This document shows positions 29,743 to 40,538 of a stretch of DNA of 64,000 bases, piece by piece; within the stretch, counting starts at the first letter, position 1, and each line of letters opens with the position of its first letter. A program made the position numbers and the translations under genes. Source of the DNA: Desulfosudaceae bacterium (GTDB lineage Bacteria > Desulfobacterota > Desulfobacteria > Desulfobacterales > Desulfosudaceae); assembly GCA_963674745.2 (NCBI GenBank), contig CAXXDV010000001.1, positions 96,001 through 160,000 on the forward strand. The letters are read 5' to 3'. A model generated the notes under the pieces. That model was not told the DNA's origin. It worked only from the letters and a program-made list of their open reading frames with translations, and made no database searches.

Positions 29743-31131
29743 ATGACCGAATTGTTCGATCATATACATCCCGATTCAACCGGCCGGCCACTGGCCGACA
29801 GGATGAGGCCCAATACACTTGAAGCCCTGGCCGGGCAGGCCCATATCACCAACCCGGGCTCCCTTTTCAGAGCGGCCCTGGAAACAGACGCGCTTTTTTC
29901 CATGATCCTCTGGGGTCCGCCGGGATGCGGTAAGACCACCCTGGCCAACATCATCGCCAACATGACCGGTGCGGTATTCGTCCAGTTATCCGCGGTGCTT
30001 TCAGGGGTCAAAGATATTCGAACCGTTATTGAGGCGGCCAGGGAAAGGCGCGACCGGTTCGGCAAAAAAACCATCCTTTTTGTGGACGAAGTGCATCGTT
30101 TCAACAAGGCCCAGCAGGACGCCTTCCTGCCGCACGTTGAAAGCGGCCTGGTCACGCTGATAGGCGCTACCACCGAGAACCCCTCTTTTGAGGTCATTCC
30201 GGCCCTGATGTCCAGATGCCGGTTGGTCACCATGAACCCGGTGGGTGATGAAGCGATGGAAGCCGTGCTGCAAAGGGCGCTGACGGACACTGACAACGGG
30301 CTGGGTGAAATGGGGCTGTCCCTGTCGGATGAGGCCATGACGCATATCATCCGCATGGCTGACGGTGATGTCCGCACGGCCTTGAACAGCCTGGAAGCGG
30401 CGGCCTTATTGCGCGGCTCAGGAGAGGCCCCCGAAGACATCTCCCTTGAACAGGTGGAGGCGGCACTGGACAAAAAAGCCATGCTGTATGACAAGTCCGG
30501 CGAAGAACATTTCAACCTTATTTCGGCCGTGCATAAAAGCCTGCGGGGAAGTGATCCCGACGCGGCGGCATACTGGGTGGAGCGGATGCTCGGCGCGGGT
30601 GAGGATCCATTTTATATTCTCCGCCGGATGGTAAGGTTCGCTTCCGAAGATATCGGCAATGCCGATCCGGCGGCACTCGGTGTCACCCTGGATGCCATGG
30701 AGGCCTACCGCTTTCTCGGTTCCCCCGAAGGGGAGCTGGCCATTATTCAGGCCGCGGTCTATCTGGCCACCGCCCCTAAAAGCAACAGTCTTTACGTGAC
30801 CAGCAACACCGTCAAAGGCATCATTAAAAAAACGGGTTACCTGCCGGTACCCAAGCATATCCGGAACGCACCCACCCGGCTGATGAAAGAGATCGGCTAT
30901 GGCAAAGATTATAAATACGCCCATAACTATAAAGGCGCTTTTGCCCCCCAGGACCATTTACCGGAAAAACTGTGGGACAGGATTTTTTATCACCCCACGG
31001 ACCGGGGCTATGAAAAAACGATCAAGTCCAGGCTTGACAGGTGGCGGGTTCTCAAGAGAGAATACCGGGAGAAAAATCGGACACGCCAACGTGAGGGCTC
31101 CGATAAAGACCATTCGGAGAACGACTTTTGA
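29743..31131 (+). CDS. rarA: Replication-associated recombination protein A (MgsA)
   Basis: PLADRMRP, LWGPPGCGKTT, DEVHRFNKAQQD, GATTENPSF and SAVHKSLRGSDPDA. Confidence 0.96.
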   Translation: MTELFDHIHPDSTGRPLADRMRPNTLEALAGQAHITNPGSLFRAALETDALFSMILWGPPGCGKTTLANIIANMTGAVFVQLSAVLSGVKDIRTVIEAARERRDRFGKKTILFVDEVHRFNKAQQDAFLPHVESGLVTLIGATTENPSFEVIPALMSRCRLVTMNPVGDEAMEAVLQRALTDTDNGLGEMGLSLSDEAMTHIIRMADGDVRTALNSLEAAALLRGSGEAPEDISLEQVEAALDKKAMLYDKSGEEHFNLISAVHKSLRGSDPDAAAYWVERMLGAGEDPFYILRRMVRFASEDIGNADPAALGVTLDAMEAYRFLGSPEGELAIIQAAVYLATAPKSNSLYVTSNTVKGIIKKTGYLPVPKHIRNAPTRLMKEIGYGKDYKYAHNYKGAFAPQDHLPEKLWDRIFYHPTDRGYEKTIKSRLDRWRVLKREYREKNRTRQREGSDKDHSENDF

Positions 31132-31874
31132 TTGAAACCATCAATTTAAAAAAACAATACGGTACGTTCGAGGCGGTCAAGGATATTTCACTGACCGTTT
31201 CGCCGGGAGAAATATACGGTTTTATCGGGCCCAATGGTGCCGGGAAAACCACCACCATCAGCATCATGGGCGGCATCCTGGCACCCGGTTCCGGTACTGT
31301 ACGCATTTGCGGCATCGATATGACGGATGAACCGGAAGCGGCCAAGCGCAAAATCGGATTTATCCCCGATCGGCCCTATCTCTATGAAAAGCTGACAGCC
31401 ATTGAGTTTTTAAAATTTACCGCTGACTTATATCACATGAAGACACCCTTTGCGGATAAAGCCGAAGGCCTGCTGGACCTTTTTTCCCTTAAACCCTGGG
31501 GGCATCATTTGATTGAGTCTTTCTCTCACGGTATGAAACAACGCCTTATCATGGTCGGCGCGCTGCTGCACGATCCTGAGGTGCTGATAATTGACGAGCC
31601 CATGGTGGGGCTTGACCCCAGCGGACAGAAGATGGTCAAAGGGTTGTTCCGTGACCTGGCCGACAAAGGCGCGACAATTTTCATGTCGACCCATACCCTT
31701 TCTGTGGCCCAGGAAGTGTGTGACCGGGTAGGGGTTATTCATGAAGGCAAATTAATCGCAACAGGTACCACCGAAGACTTACAACTCCAGACCGGCGCCG
31801 CCCAATCTGACTTGGAGGAAGTATTTTTCAGGCTGACCCGGGAAGCTGAAGCGCCGGCTGCGCAACACCTGTAA
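31128..31874 (+). CDS. ABC transporter ATP-binding protein (ABC-2 type)
   Basis: GPNGAGKTT, FSHGMKQR, IIDEP and STH; TTG start overlaps the rarA stop. Confidence 0.93.
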   Translation: MIETINLKKQYGTFEAVKDISLTVSPGEIYGFIGPNGAGKTTTISIMGGILAPGSGTVRICGIDMTDEPEAAKRKIGFIPDRPYLYEKLTAIEFLKFTADLYHMKTPFADKAEGLLDLFSLKPWGHHLIESFSHGMKQRLIMVGALLHDPEVLIIDEPMVGLDPSGQKMVKGLFRDLADKGATIFMSTHTLSVAQEVCDRVGVIHEGKLIATGTTEDLQLQTGAAQSDLEEVFFRLTREAEAPAAQHL

Positions 31875-31887
31875 GGAGGCATCCAAC

Positions 31888-32517
31888 ATGGAAAAAATTT
31901 TAAATAAAATCAATTGGCTGGGGCACGACACGTTCCGCATCGACGGATCGAAAACCGTCTATTTTGATCCCTATCAGATTAAAACAGACAAGCCCGCGGA
32001 CCTGATTTTGATTTCCCACGACCATTTCGATCACTGCAGCCCGGAAGACGTTGCCCGGGTGCAGAAAGACAATACGGTTATTGTCACCGATAAAGACTCC
32101 GCCAAAAAATTGTCCGGGGATATCAGAATCGTCGCTCCGGGGGACCATGTTTCCGTGGACGCGGTTTCTGTTGATGTTGTGCCGGCGTACAATACAGACA
32201 AGGATTTTCATCCCCGGGAAAATGGCTGGCTGGGATTTATTGTGGGTATAGACGGTGTCCGGATTTACCATGCCGGGGACACGGATGTCATACCTGAAAT
32301 GAACAAAATTGAAACCGATATCGCCCTGCTGCCGGTCTCCGGTACATATGTCATGACCGCGGAGCAGGCCGCGGAAGCGGCCATGATAATAAAGCCACGG
32401 CTGGTCATCCCCATGCATTACGGGGCCATTGTGGGCTCGGAGGAAGATGCGCGAAAGCTGCAAACCGCGCTTGAAGGGAAAATCGATGTTCAGATTCTGC
32501 CGCAACAGGATGGATAA
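31888..32517 (+). CDS. MBL-fold metallo-hydrolase
   Basis: WLGH, SHDHFDH, YHAGDT and IPMHYG. Confidence 0.92.
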   Translation: MEKILNKINWLGHDTFRIDGSKTVYFDPYQIKTDKPADLILISHDHFDHCSPEDVARVQKDNTVIVTDKDSAKKLSGDIRIVAPGDHVSVDAVSVDVVPAYNTDKDFHPRENGWLGFIVGIDGVRIYHAGDTDVIPEMNKIETDIALLPVSGTYVMTAEQAAEAAMIIKPRLVIPMHYGAIVGSEEDARKLQTALEGKIDVQILPQQDG

Positions 32518-32538
32518 AATAATAAGGAATAATGTTTG

Positions 32539-33159
32539 ATGGGACTGCTCACTTCGACGACATCTATCACCTGTTACCGGGTTGAGGGTAAAATAACCAA
32601 ACCGTTAACCGAATACGTTTCCAACGCACTGAAAAAGAATACCATTGCCAATATTGACGGCCAACCCGCTGAAAAAGCCGTGGGCTGGACATCATTTGAA
32701 CACCCTTTTTCGCCCAAATTCACAGCTGATTCCTTTTACTTCGGATCAGCCATGATTTTTTCATTACGGGTAGACAAAAAGGCCATACCTGCCAGTGTCA
32801 TCAAAAAATACTGCCAGCAGGAATGGGAAAAACAGACCACGGCCAGCGGCCGAAAAGTACTTTCCAAGAACGAAAAAAAAATCATCAAGGAAAAAGTCGT
32901 TCAGGAACTGGCCCTGCGTGTTCCCGCCACGCCCAGGGTTTTTGATCTGGTCTGGCAATATGAACAGGAACGGCTCTGGTTTTTCACCAACCAGAAAAAT
33001 GCCAATGAAGAACTGGAGACACTGTTTTTAAAAACGTTTTCCCTGCGCCTGATCAGGCTCTTCCCTTACACTATTGCGACCCTGGAATCCGGATTATCAG
33101 ACGGGGAAAAAGACCTGTTTACAAAACTGACACCGGCCAACTTTATGACATCGGAGTAA
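32539..33159 (+). CDS. RdgC-like recombination-associated protein (N-terminal-half type)
   Basis: MGLL...ITCYRV, GWTS, FSLRVDKKAIPA and ELETLFLKTF match the short deltaproteobacterial RdgC-like pattern as recalled. Confidence 0.65.
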   Translation: MGLLTSTTSITCYRVEGKITKPLTEYVSNALKKNTIANIDGQPAEKAVGWTSFEHPFSPKFTADSFYFGSAMIFSLRVDKKAIPASVIKKYCQQEWEKQTTASGRKVLSKNEKKIIKEKVVQELALRVPATPRVFDLVWQYEQERLWFFTNQKNANEELETLFLKTFSLRLIRLFPYTIATLESGLSDGEKDLFTKLTPANFMTSE

Positions 33160-33166
33160 ACAAGAT

Positions 33167-33694
33167 ATGCTGGACATCTCAATCGCGTACAATCGCTACA
33201 AATTTATCGGGCATGAATTTTTGACCTGGCTCTGGTTCATCATTGAAAATGACCCGGACAAAATCAAAGACGAAAACAACACGCCGGTATCACTTGATAT
33301 GGGCAGCCGGATCGTACTGGAGAACAGCCGCCGGGAAGCGGTTGAGACCATCACCATCAAAGGCAGTGAATCCGAACTGGAAGAAGGTCGACTGGCACTG
33401 AGCAACGGCGCCGTCGTCACGGAGATGAGCCTTTTCTGCAAAATCAACGACCGCCTGTGGATATTCAATCTCAAAGGCGAGAGCCTGGATCTGTCAGGTT
33501 TGAAGCTTCCGGAAATCGAAGAAGGGGAAACCTCAGATGACCTGGAAGGGACCATTTTACTGAAAATGGATGGTTATGAAACCATCACCGCCTTTATCCA
33601 GCAGATGTACAAACAGTTCCTCAAGACTCGCCTCACCGACCAGTGGAAGAAAAAAACGGTGCCGGCTATTCGCAAATGGGCATCCGCGGTTTAG
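33167..33694 (+). CDS. Hypothetical protein, probable partner of the RdgC-like gene
   Basis: FIGHEFLTWLWF, EGRLAL..G and F.LKG..L; 7 nt downstream of the previous gene. Confidence 0.7.
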   Translation: MLDISIAYNRYKFIGHEFLTWLWFIIENDPDKIKDENNTPVSLDMGSRIVLENSRREAVETITIKGSESELEEGRLALSNGAVVTEMSLFCKINDRLWIFNLKGESLDLSGLKLPEIEEGETSDDLEGTILLKMDGYETITAFIQQMYKQFLKTRLTDQWKKKTVPAIRKWASAV

Positions 33695-33745
33695 GCGCCT
33701 TAGGTGCGATCCTTAGCGGCTGGTATTCAGCATTTCAGGCGGGAA

Positions 33746-34036
33746 GGGTTTTAGGGTGTTAGAGTTTTAAAGTTTTAGGGCTTTAAGGTTTGGGGCTTGA
33801 GCAGATATGTAGGGGCACGGCGTGCCGTGCCCCAGGATAACAAAAGGAACGTCCAAAAAATAACAAGAGAAGCGGCTCGACGAATAAAAATGAAAGGACT
33901 TATAATACGAGATTAACGCCTAAAACCCATAACCACATAATCACCTAAACACTTAATCACTTAACCACTTAAGCACCCTGAAAGGCTGAAGCCTTTCGCC
34001 ACCTAAAACCATAAAACATTAAAACCCTAAAACCCC
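33746..34036. repeat. Composite repeat island
   Basis: (TTTTAGGG/TTTTAAAG)n left arm, REP GTAGGGGCACGGCGTGCCGTGCCC at 33809, C/A octamer right arms, and GAAAGGCTGAAGCCTTTC at 33980. Confidence 0.8.
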
Positions 34037-34083
34037 TGCGAAGCAGGCAGCCACGCAGAGGAGGGAGCAATCCTTCCTTGGGA

Positions 34084-34207
34084 CCCGGCTTTGTAAAACG
34101 TTCAAGGTCAAGGCGCGCGAATCCCGACGATTGAAGCTGTACAGGTAGTACGCTGATTGAGGAGGGATGAAGCGCAACGCAGAGATTGAGCGTTTTACAA
34201 AGCCGGG
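34084..34207. mobile_element. MITE-like / structured palindromic element related to the one at 924-1065
   Basis: Perfect 17-bp terminal inverted repeats CCCGGCTTTGTAAAACG/CGTTTTACAAAGCCGGG. The core GGTCAAGGCGYGCGA...GCRCAACGC is shared with 924-1065. No target duplication is seen. Confidence 0.6.
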
Positions 34208-34208
34208 C

Positions 34209-34817
34209 TTACCACTGCGAGGCGCGCTTGAGCGACACCAGCGTCATCGCCAGACACTTCTGAAGCGTCTTGGTCACACCGATCCCTTTGACCGCACTGG
34301 CGGTAAAGGTCGGTACCTTGAGTTGCCGGTTCAGATCTTTTTCCATCTGCTCGACCGACATGATGGGCACCCCCTCTTTTTCCAGATCACGTTTATTGAA
34401 CTGGAGCACCATGGGTATCTTAAAAATATTCTGGCCGTAATCCTTCAGGTTCTGCTGAAGATCTTTCAACGACTCCATGTTTTTGGCCCGCCGGATTTCC
34501 ATCGAATCGGCAACGAAAACAATACCGTCCACGCCTTTTAACACGATCTTTCGGGTCTTGGCGTATTTAACCTGGCCCGGAACGGTAAACATCTGCACCC
34601 GGACATTGCAGCCCTTGATCTGCCCCAGATCCATGGGTAAAAAATCGAAAAACAGGGTCCGGTCCCCCTCGGTATCAATGGACGTCATCTCTCCCGTGAC
34701 ATGCTTTTTCTGGGTGGCATAGATCTGTTCCAGGTTGGTGGTTTTACCGCCACGGCCGGGACCGTAGAAGACGATCTTGCATTCGATTTCTTTGGTCTGA
34801 AGATTATAGTTTGCCAT
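34209..34817 (-). CDS. mglA: MglA-family small Ras-like GTPase
   Basis: KEIECKIVFYGPGRGGKTTNL, DRTLFFDFLP, FTVPGQV, LKGVDGIVFVADS and QFNKRDL. Confidence 0.9.
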   Translation of the reverse strand: MANYNLQTKEIECKIVFYGPGRGGKTTNLEQIYATQKKHVTGEMTSIDTEGDRTLFFDFLPMDLGQIKGCNVRVQMFTVPGQVKYAKTRKIVLKGVDGIVFVADSMEIRRAKNMESLKDLQQNLKDYGQNIFKIPMVLQFNKRDLEKEGVPIMSVEQMEKDLNRQLKVPTFTASAVKGIGVTKTLQKCLAMTLVSLKRASQW

Positions 34818-34879
34818 AGCCCCCCTCTTTACTTACACAACGTCACTTTTGCTAACCGGCAGATGCCACAGCACGTTGA

Positions 34880-35785
34880 TCAGTGGCCGGACACGGCGGC
34901 GGCTTCCGGTTCATCACCGCCGGCGAAAAAGGCAACCAGATCCGTCAATGCTTCATCAATGGTCTGAATTTTTTTCTGTGCCAGATCGACGGCTGCTTTT
35001 TCACCACTGACCTGGAGTATCCGGGCTTCCGCAATCGTTTTCCTGATCAGGCTGATGGTACTATCCACTTCCTCGACCGGGTCTTCGGCATAAAGCTTCT
35101 GTACCAGATCCAGATAATAATTAATATGGTCAAAGTCCTCGGACACGGGCGCCTCTGTCAGCATTCTGGCCTTTTCAAGATAATACGCTGCCACGAAGGG
35201 GAACACGTCTTCTTTTGAATAGCTGGTCCTGGCCGGTTGTTTCCAGTGGGCTCCGGGCAGAACGACAATACGATCTTTGCCACCGGGCGTAAAATCACCT
35301 TTCCAGATTTCAACCGCGCCCCTGGATTGTTTTACATAATAATTGTCGGCGTTCATCATGCTGCCTAGGAATATCAGCAAAATAATACCACAGACAACAA
35401 CGGCAATGGTCTTGAGCGACTTTGCATCGATCAGCGGGTCGCTCTCAAAAGGCGCCGGATCCTTCAGATCGGGCGGTTCAAACGTATTTATGCAGGGCGG
35501 TGTTTCCCGGGCAGGAGACGGATCTGCCACTTCAGGAAGAGGTGTTGCCTGTGGGGGAGGCGTTGCGTGCTCCGCAGAAGGCGGAACAGCCTTCTCAGGA
35601 GCGGGTTCATCAGACGCTGCCGAAGCGGTTTCAGCCACCGGCGTCTCTACGGGTGCGGATTTCGGCTCCGGAGCCGGTGTTTCGGTCGCTTTTATCTTTT
35701 CAGCATCACTGACCTTTTCAGGTTCCGGCGCTTTTTTTTCTTCTTCCGGAGCGGTCGTTGGTTGAAACAGACTTTTTTTTCCCAT
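34880..35785 (-). CDS. Hypothetical single-pass membrane protein with a Pro/Ala/Glu-rich N-terminus
   Basis: AGGAG RBS, about 120 aa of low complexity, one TM helix (IAVVVCGIILLIFLG) and a helical C-terminus. Confidence 0.75.
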   Translation of the reverse strand: MGKKSLFQPTTAPEEEKKAPEPEKVSDAEKIKATETPAPEPKSAPVETPVAETASAASDEPAPEKAVPPSAEHATPPPQATPLPEVADPSPARETPPCINTFEPPDLKDPAPFESDPLIDAKSLKTIAVVVCGIILLIFLGSMMNADNYYVKQSRGAVEIWKGDFTPGGKDRIVVLPGAHWKQPARTSYSKEDVFPFVAAYYLEKARMLTEAPVSEDFDHINYYLDLVQKLYAEDPVEEVDSTISLIRKTIAEARILQVSGEKAAVDLAQKKIQTIDEALTDLVAFFAGGDEPEAAAVSGH

Positions 35786-35904
35786 ACCTGTTAAACTCCT
35801 TTGAAAACAATCTGTTTTTCCTGTAGCATACTTAAAAGATTAACTTATTATAAACTGATTTTCATGTAAAGGATTTTCGCCATAGATCGGTAAAAAACGG
35901 TCGG

Positions 35905-36744
35905 TTGGCAAAATACGGTATTCGTTTGGTACGGTTCAGGCAGAAAAAAGAAAAACTGATAACGGTTTTAAAAAAAACCAACCGCCTGGCCGTAGCGTTC
36001 TCCGGTGGTGTTGACAGCAGTTTTCTAATGTTCACCGCGCGTGATGTTCTGGGTGACGAAGCCATGGCTTTTATGTCGACCGGGCTGCCGCACTCGCAAA
36101 GAGAAACCCGGCAGGCCGTCAGCTTGATGGAAAGTATGGGCGTCCCTTTCCAGGAGGTGCCCACCATCCGTATGCGTCGGGAACCGTTTACGGACAACAC
36201 CAAAGACCGCTGCTACCAATGCAAAAAAATCATGTGGACGGAAATCGCGGCAGCTGCGGCTAAAATGAATATTTTCCGGCTGGCCGACGGCGTCAGTGCG
36301 GATGACCTGGACGAATTCAGGCCCGGCCTGGTTGCAGGCAGAGAAATGGGCGTTACCTCCCCCCTGGCCGAAGCCGGTCTGACCAAAGCGGAAATCCGGG
36401 TGCTGGCCAGAGAAGCCGGTCTTTCAAACTGGGACAAGCCATCAACGCCCTGCCTGGCCACCCGTATTCCCTACGGGACCCGGTTGACCACCGGACGGCT
36501 GGCCATGATTGAAACGGCTGAAAATTTCCTGATCGAACTGGGTTTTCCCCAGTGCCGGGTCAGGTATCATGACGATATGGCCCGGATAGAAATCCCGGAA
36601 GAGGAACTTGACATCATGGCCTCCGGCACCTTTCGGGAAAAAATCAAAAACGAACTTAAACGCATCGGGTTCACTCATGTCACCATGGACCTGGGCGGTT
36701 ATATCAGCGGCAGTATGGATATTCTGCCAAGGAGCAACCAATGA
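35905..36744 (+). CDS. larE: LarE-like ATP-dependent sulfur transferase (PP-loop)
   Basis: [18 protein letters not shown]...[23 protein letters not shown] and RVRYH. The exact start is uncertain. Confidence 0.85.
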   Translation: MAKYGIRLVRFRQKKEKLITVLKKTNRLAVAFSGGVDSSFLMFTARDVLGDEAMAFMSTGLPHSQRETRQAVSLMESMGVPFQEVPTIRMRREPFTDNTKDRCYQCKKIMWTEIAAAAAKMNIFRLADGVSADDLDEFRPGLVAGREMGVTSPLAEAGLTKAEIRVLAREAGLSNWDKPSTPCLATRIPYGTRLTTGRLAMIETAENFLIELGFPQCRVRYHDDMARIEIPEEELDIMASGTFREKIKNELKRIGFTHVTMDLGGYISGSMDILPRSNQ

Positions 36745-38423
36745 ACAACCAGTCAACAGACTTTATCAGAAGAATCATCAATGACGACCTTGCTACCGGT
36801 AAATACAGCCGGGGGTTGGTCACCCGCTTCCCGCCGGAACCCAACGGTTACCTTCATATGGGACACGCCAAATCGATATGCCTGAATTTCGGTATTGCCG
36901 GAGAATATGAAAACAGTGTCTGCAACCTGCGGTTTGACGACACCAACCCCGGCAAGGAAGAAGTGGAATACGTGGAGTCCATTAAAGAAGATGTCCGCTG
37001 GCTGGGATTTGATCCCGGCCGGCGGATTTATTTCGCTTCAGACTATTTTGAACAGCTTTATCAGCTTGCCGAACGCCTGATCAGCGACGGTAAAGCATAC
37101 GTCTGCGCCCTTTCCCCGGATGAAATCCGCGAAACCCGGGGAACGTTGACTGAACCGGGTAAAGAAAGTCCTTATCGCGACCGGCCGGTTGAAGAAAGCC
37201 TGGACCTGTTTAAACGCATGCGCGCCGGTGAATTCCCTGAGGGCAAGTACGTCCTGCGTGCCAGAATCGACATGGCCTCGCCCAATCTCTGCCTGCGTGA
37301 CCCGGCCATCTATCGAATCCGAAAGATGCCCCACCACCGCACCGGCGACCAGTGGTGTATCTATCCCATGTATGACTTCGCCCATCCCCTGTCGGACGCG
37401 CTGGAGCATATCACGCACTCCCTGTGCACACTGGAATTCGCCAACAACCGGCCCCTGTACGACTGGTTTGTCAACCAGCTCACGGAAGAGCCCCGGCCGA
37501 AACAGATTGAGTTCGCCCGGCTGAACCTGAGTTATACGGTCCTGAGCAAACGGAAACTCAACCTGCTGGTGTCAGAAAACATTGTTAACGGCTGGGATGA
37601 TCCGCGCATGCCCACCATCGCCGGCATAAGACGTCGAGGCGTACCACCGCGGGCCTTGCGCGATTTCTGCGATAAAATCGGCATCGCCAAAAAAGACAGC
37701 CTGGTGGATGTGGCCCTTCTGGAATACACCATCCGTGATATCCTTAACAAAAAAGCCGTACGGCGAATGGCGGTCCTGCGTCCGCTCAAGGTCGTCATCG
37801 ACAACTATCCGGATGGCCAAAGCGAAGAAATGGAAGCCATCAACAATCCCGAGGATGCGGCTGCCGGTACCCGCCGGGTTCCCTTTTCAAAAACACTTTA
37901 TATCGAGCGGGACGATTTCATGGAAGACCCGCCCAAAAAGTTCTTCAGGCTTGCACCGGGCAGAGAAGTACGCCTGCGTTACGCCTATTTCATTAAATGC
38001 GAATCCGTGGTCAAAGATCCGGCCACCGGTGAAATAACCGAACTGCACTGTACCTATGACCCGGCCACAAAAGGGGGTGACGCGCCGGACGGCAGAAAGG
38101 TGAAGGCCACCCTGCACTGGGTTTCGGCCGATCATGCCGTACCGGCCGAGGTCCGGCTTTATGACCGGCTGTTTAACCGGGAAAACCCCTCCGATGCGTC
38201 GGACGGAAAAAATTTTACCGATCATATCAACCCGGACAGCCTGGAAACGCTTTTCCCCTGCTTTCTTGAACCGGCGTTAAAAAACGCCGCGCCTCTGGAG
38301 AACTGCCAGTTTGAACGCATGGGATACTTCTGCCTGGACAATAAAGACAGCACTGACCAACGGCCGGTTTTCAACCGTACGGTTACCTTGAGAGACACCT
38401 GGGCAAAAATAAAAGGCAAATAA
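36741..38423 (+). CDS. glnS: Glutamine--tRNA ligase
   Basis: [41 protein letters not shown] and FNRTVTL. Confidence 0.97.
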   Translation: MNNQSTDFIRRIINDDLATGKYSRGLVTRFPPEPNGYLHMGHAKSICLNFGIAGEYENSVCNLRFDDTNPGKEEVEYVESIKEDVRWLGFDPGRRIYFASDYFEQLYQLAERLISDGKAYVCALSPDEIRETRGTLTEPGKESPYRDRPVEESLDLFKRMRAGEFPEGKYVLRARIDMASPNLCLRDPAIYRIRKMPHHRTGDQWCIYPMYDFAHPLSDALEHITHSLCTLEFANNRPLYDWFVNQLTEEPRPKQIEFARLNLSYTVLSKRKLNLLVSENIVNGWDDPRMPTIAGIRRRGVPPRALRDFCDKIGIAKKDSLVDVALLEYTIRDILNKKAVRRMAVLRPLKVVIDNYPDGQSEEMEAINNPEDAAAGTRRVPFSKTLYIERDDFMEDPPKKFFRLAPGREVRLRYAYFIKCESVVKDPATGEITELHCTYDPATKGGDAPDGRKVKATLHWVSADHAVPAEVRLYDRLFNRENPSDASDGKNFTDHINPDSLETLFPCFLEPALKNAAPLENCQFERMGYFCLDNKDSTDQRPVFNRTVTLRDTWAKIKGK

Positions 38424-38435
38424 AACCAACCGCAC

Positions 38436-38906
38436 ATGAACGAAAACCCATTTATGCAACGGGCCATTGAACTGGCCAGGCAGGGGATGGCCGCCGGTGA
38501 CGGCGGGCCTTTCGGCGCCGTTATCGTGCGCGACGGCAACATCGTCGGCGAGGGCTGGAACCGGGTACTGGCCGACGGCGATCCCACGGCCCACGGCGAA
38601 ATCACGGCCATCCGCGACGCCTCCCGAAGACTGGGCACTTACTGCCTGGAAGGCTGCGAGCTGTATACCACCGGCGAACCCTGTCCCATGTGCCTTGGCG
38701 CCGTTTACTGGGCCCGCATCGACCGGGTTTATTTCGGGTTTTCCGTGACCGAAGCCGCCGCCATCGATTTTGACGACGTCGTTATTTACCGGGAAGTTTG
38801 TCTGCCGCCCGAACAGCGTAAGGTCCCATGTGAGGCCCTACCCTCGGATGAGGTAAAAACGCTGATGGAAGAATTTTCGCAGATGCCGGATCGGGCACGG
38901 TACTAA
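38436..38906 (+). CDS. Nucleoside/guanine deaminase (cytidine deaminase-like fold)
   Basis: GGPFGAVIV, DPTAHGE, EPCPMC and GAVYWARI; resembles Bacillus-type GuaD. Confidence 0.88.
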   Translation: MNENPFMQRAIELARQGMAAGDGGPFGAVIVRDGNIVGEGWNRVLADGDPTAHGEITAIRDASRRLGTYCLEGCELYTTGEPCPMCLGAVYWARIDRVYFGFSVTEAAAIDFDDVVIYREVCLPPEQRKVPCEALPSDEVKTLMEEFSQMPDRARY

Positions 38907-38908
38907 AA

Positions 38909-39208
38909 GGTTTTAAGGTTTTAGGGTCGGAGGGTCGAGGGTTCGGGGTTTGAGGTTCGGGGTTCGCGATGACGATGTAGGGGCACGGCGTGCCGTGCCC
39001 GATTGGGGGTTCAAGGCTCGGGGCCCAGGAAGGCGTTCGCTCTTTACGGCCTGTAGGGGCACGGCGTGCCGTGCCCGATTCGGGGGTTCAAGGTTCGGAG
39101 TTCGAGATGACGATGTAGGGGCACGGCGGGCCGCCTTATTTCTCAAACCACATAACCACTTAATCACTTAACCACCTGAACCATAAAACTTTAAAACTCT
39201 AAAACCTT
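38909..39208. repeat. Composite repeat island between convergent genes
   Basis: 8-mer and 7-mer (GGTTCGG) left arms, three GTAGGGGCACGGCG REPs and C/A octamer right arms. Confidence 0.85.
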
Positions 39209-39218
39209 ACGCCCGATT

Positions 39219-40442
39219 TCAAATCAAATCTAAAATCCGACTCAAAATAACATGGGCCAGCTTTTCCTTGTCCTGGCGGGGCAGCCGTTCCTGGCGGCCG
39301 TCCTTGTAGAGCAGGCAGACTTCATTGGTTTCCGAGCCGAAAGCAGAGTCTTTGCCGGCGACCATGTTGGCCACGATCATATCGGCGTTTTTTTCCGCCA
39401 GCTTCTTTTTGGCATTTTTGACCAGGGCCTGGGTTTCAGCGGCAAAGCCGACCAGGACCTGCTTTTTCTTTTTTTTGCCGACTTCTTTTAAAATGTCCTG
39501 GTTTTCTTTCAAGTTCAGCACCAGTCCGGGTTTGCCGCCTTTCTTGATCTTTTGTGATGCGACTTTTTCCGCCCGGTAGTCCCCGACAGCCGCCACCTTG
39601 ATGATAATATGGCTGTCACCCATCCGGGCCAGTGTTTCTTCAGCCATCTCTTCGGCGGTCTGCACCGGAACGACATCAACAGCCACCGGCGGTGCCAGGT
39701 TGACCGGACCGGTAACCAGGGTTACCTCCGCGCCCCGGTATTCGGCGGCCCTGGCCATGGCGTAGCCCATTCGTCCGGATGAATGATTGCTGATATACCG
39801 GACCGGATCAATCGATTCCCGGGTGGGACCGGCCGTCACCAGTACCTTTTTGCCGGTCATATCTTTTTCCACCAGCAGGCGGCATACCCGATCGGCAATA
39901 ATATCCGGTTCCGGCATACGCCCGGGACCGGTAGTGCCGCAGGCCAGTTCGCCGGTGCCGGGCTCAAGCACCACATAACCGTCCTTTCTCAACAGGGCCA
40001 GATTTCGTTGTACCGCACGGTTCTTATACATATGGGTATTCATGGCGGGGCAGACCATCACCGGCGCGGTAACCGCCAGCAGAAAAGTGGTCAGTGCGTC
40101 ATCGGCCATCCCGGCCGCCATCTTGCCGATAATATTGGCGGTGGCCGGGGCAATCACCACGGCTTCGGCCTGACCGGCCCATTCGATATGCCTGATGGCC
40201 GCATCCTCGGCCCCATCGAAAAGATCGAAGCAGACCGGGTGGCCGGACAGGGCCTCAAACGTCAGCGGCCCGACAAAGTGACAGGCGTTTTCCGTCATCA
40301 TCACCCGCACGTCAGCCCCTTTTTTGACCAGGGCCCTGACCAGCTCCGCGCTCTTGTAAGCAGCGATGCCGCCGGACACACCCACTACTATATTGCGACC
40401 TTCAATCGTCTTTACTTGATCCTGTTTCATTTTTTTCGGCAT
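39219..40442 (-). CDS. coaBC: Phosphopantothenoylcysteine decarboxylase/synthetase
   Basis: GGIAAYK, IAPATAN, PAMN, LACG, TAGPTRESIDPVRYISNHSSG and LVGFAAET. Confidence 0.97.
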   Translation of the reverse strand: MPKKMKQDQVKTIEGRNIVVGVSGGIAAYKSAELVRALVKKGADVRVMMTENACHFVGPLTFEALSGHPVCFDLFDGAEDAAIRHIEWAGQAEAVVIAPATANIIGKMAAGMADDALTTFLLAVTAPVMVCPAMNTHMYKNRAVQRNLALLRKDGYVVLEPGTGELACGTTGPGRMPEPDIIADRVCRLLVEKDMTGKKVLVTAGPTRESIDPVRYISNHSSGRMGYAMARAAEYRGAEVTLVTGPVNLAPPVAVDVVPVQTAEEMAEETLARMGDSHIIIKVAAVGDYRAEKVASQKIKKGGKPGLVLNLKENQDILKEVGKKKKKQVLVGFAAETQALVKNAKKKLAEKNADMIVANMVAGKDSAFGSETNEVCLLYKDGRQERLPRQDKEKLAHVILSRILDLI

Positions 40443-40538
40443 TATTATCCCCCCGAGGGTTTATCCATTCATATAGCATGTGTTTGATATCATATATCAT
40501 TCTCAATTATTAGCCAATTAAAAAACAAGATGGTACAG

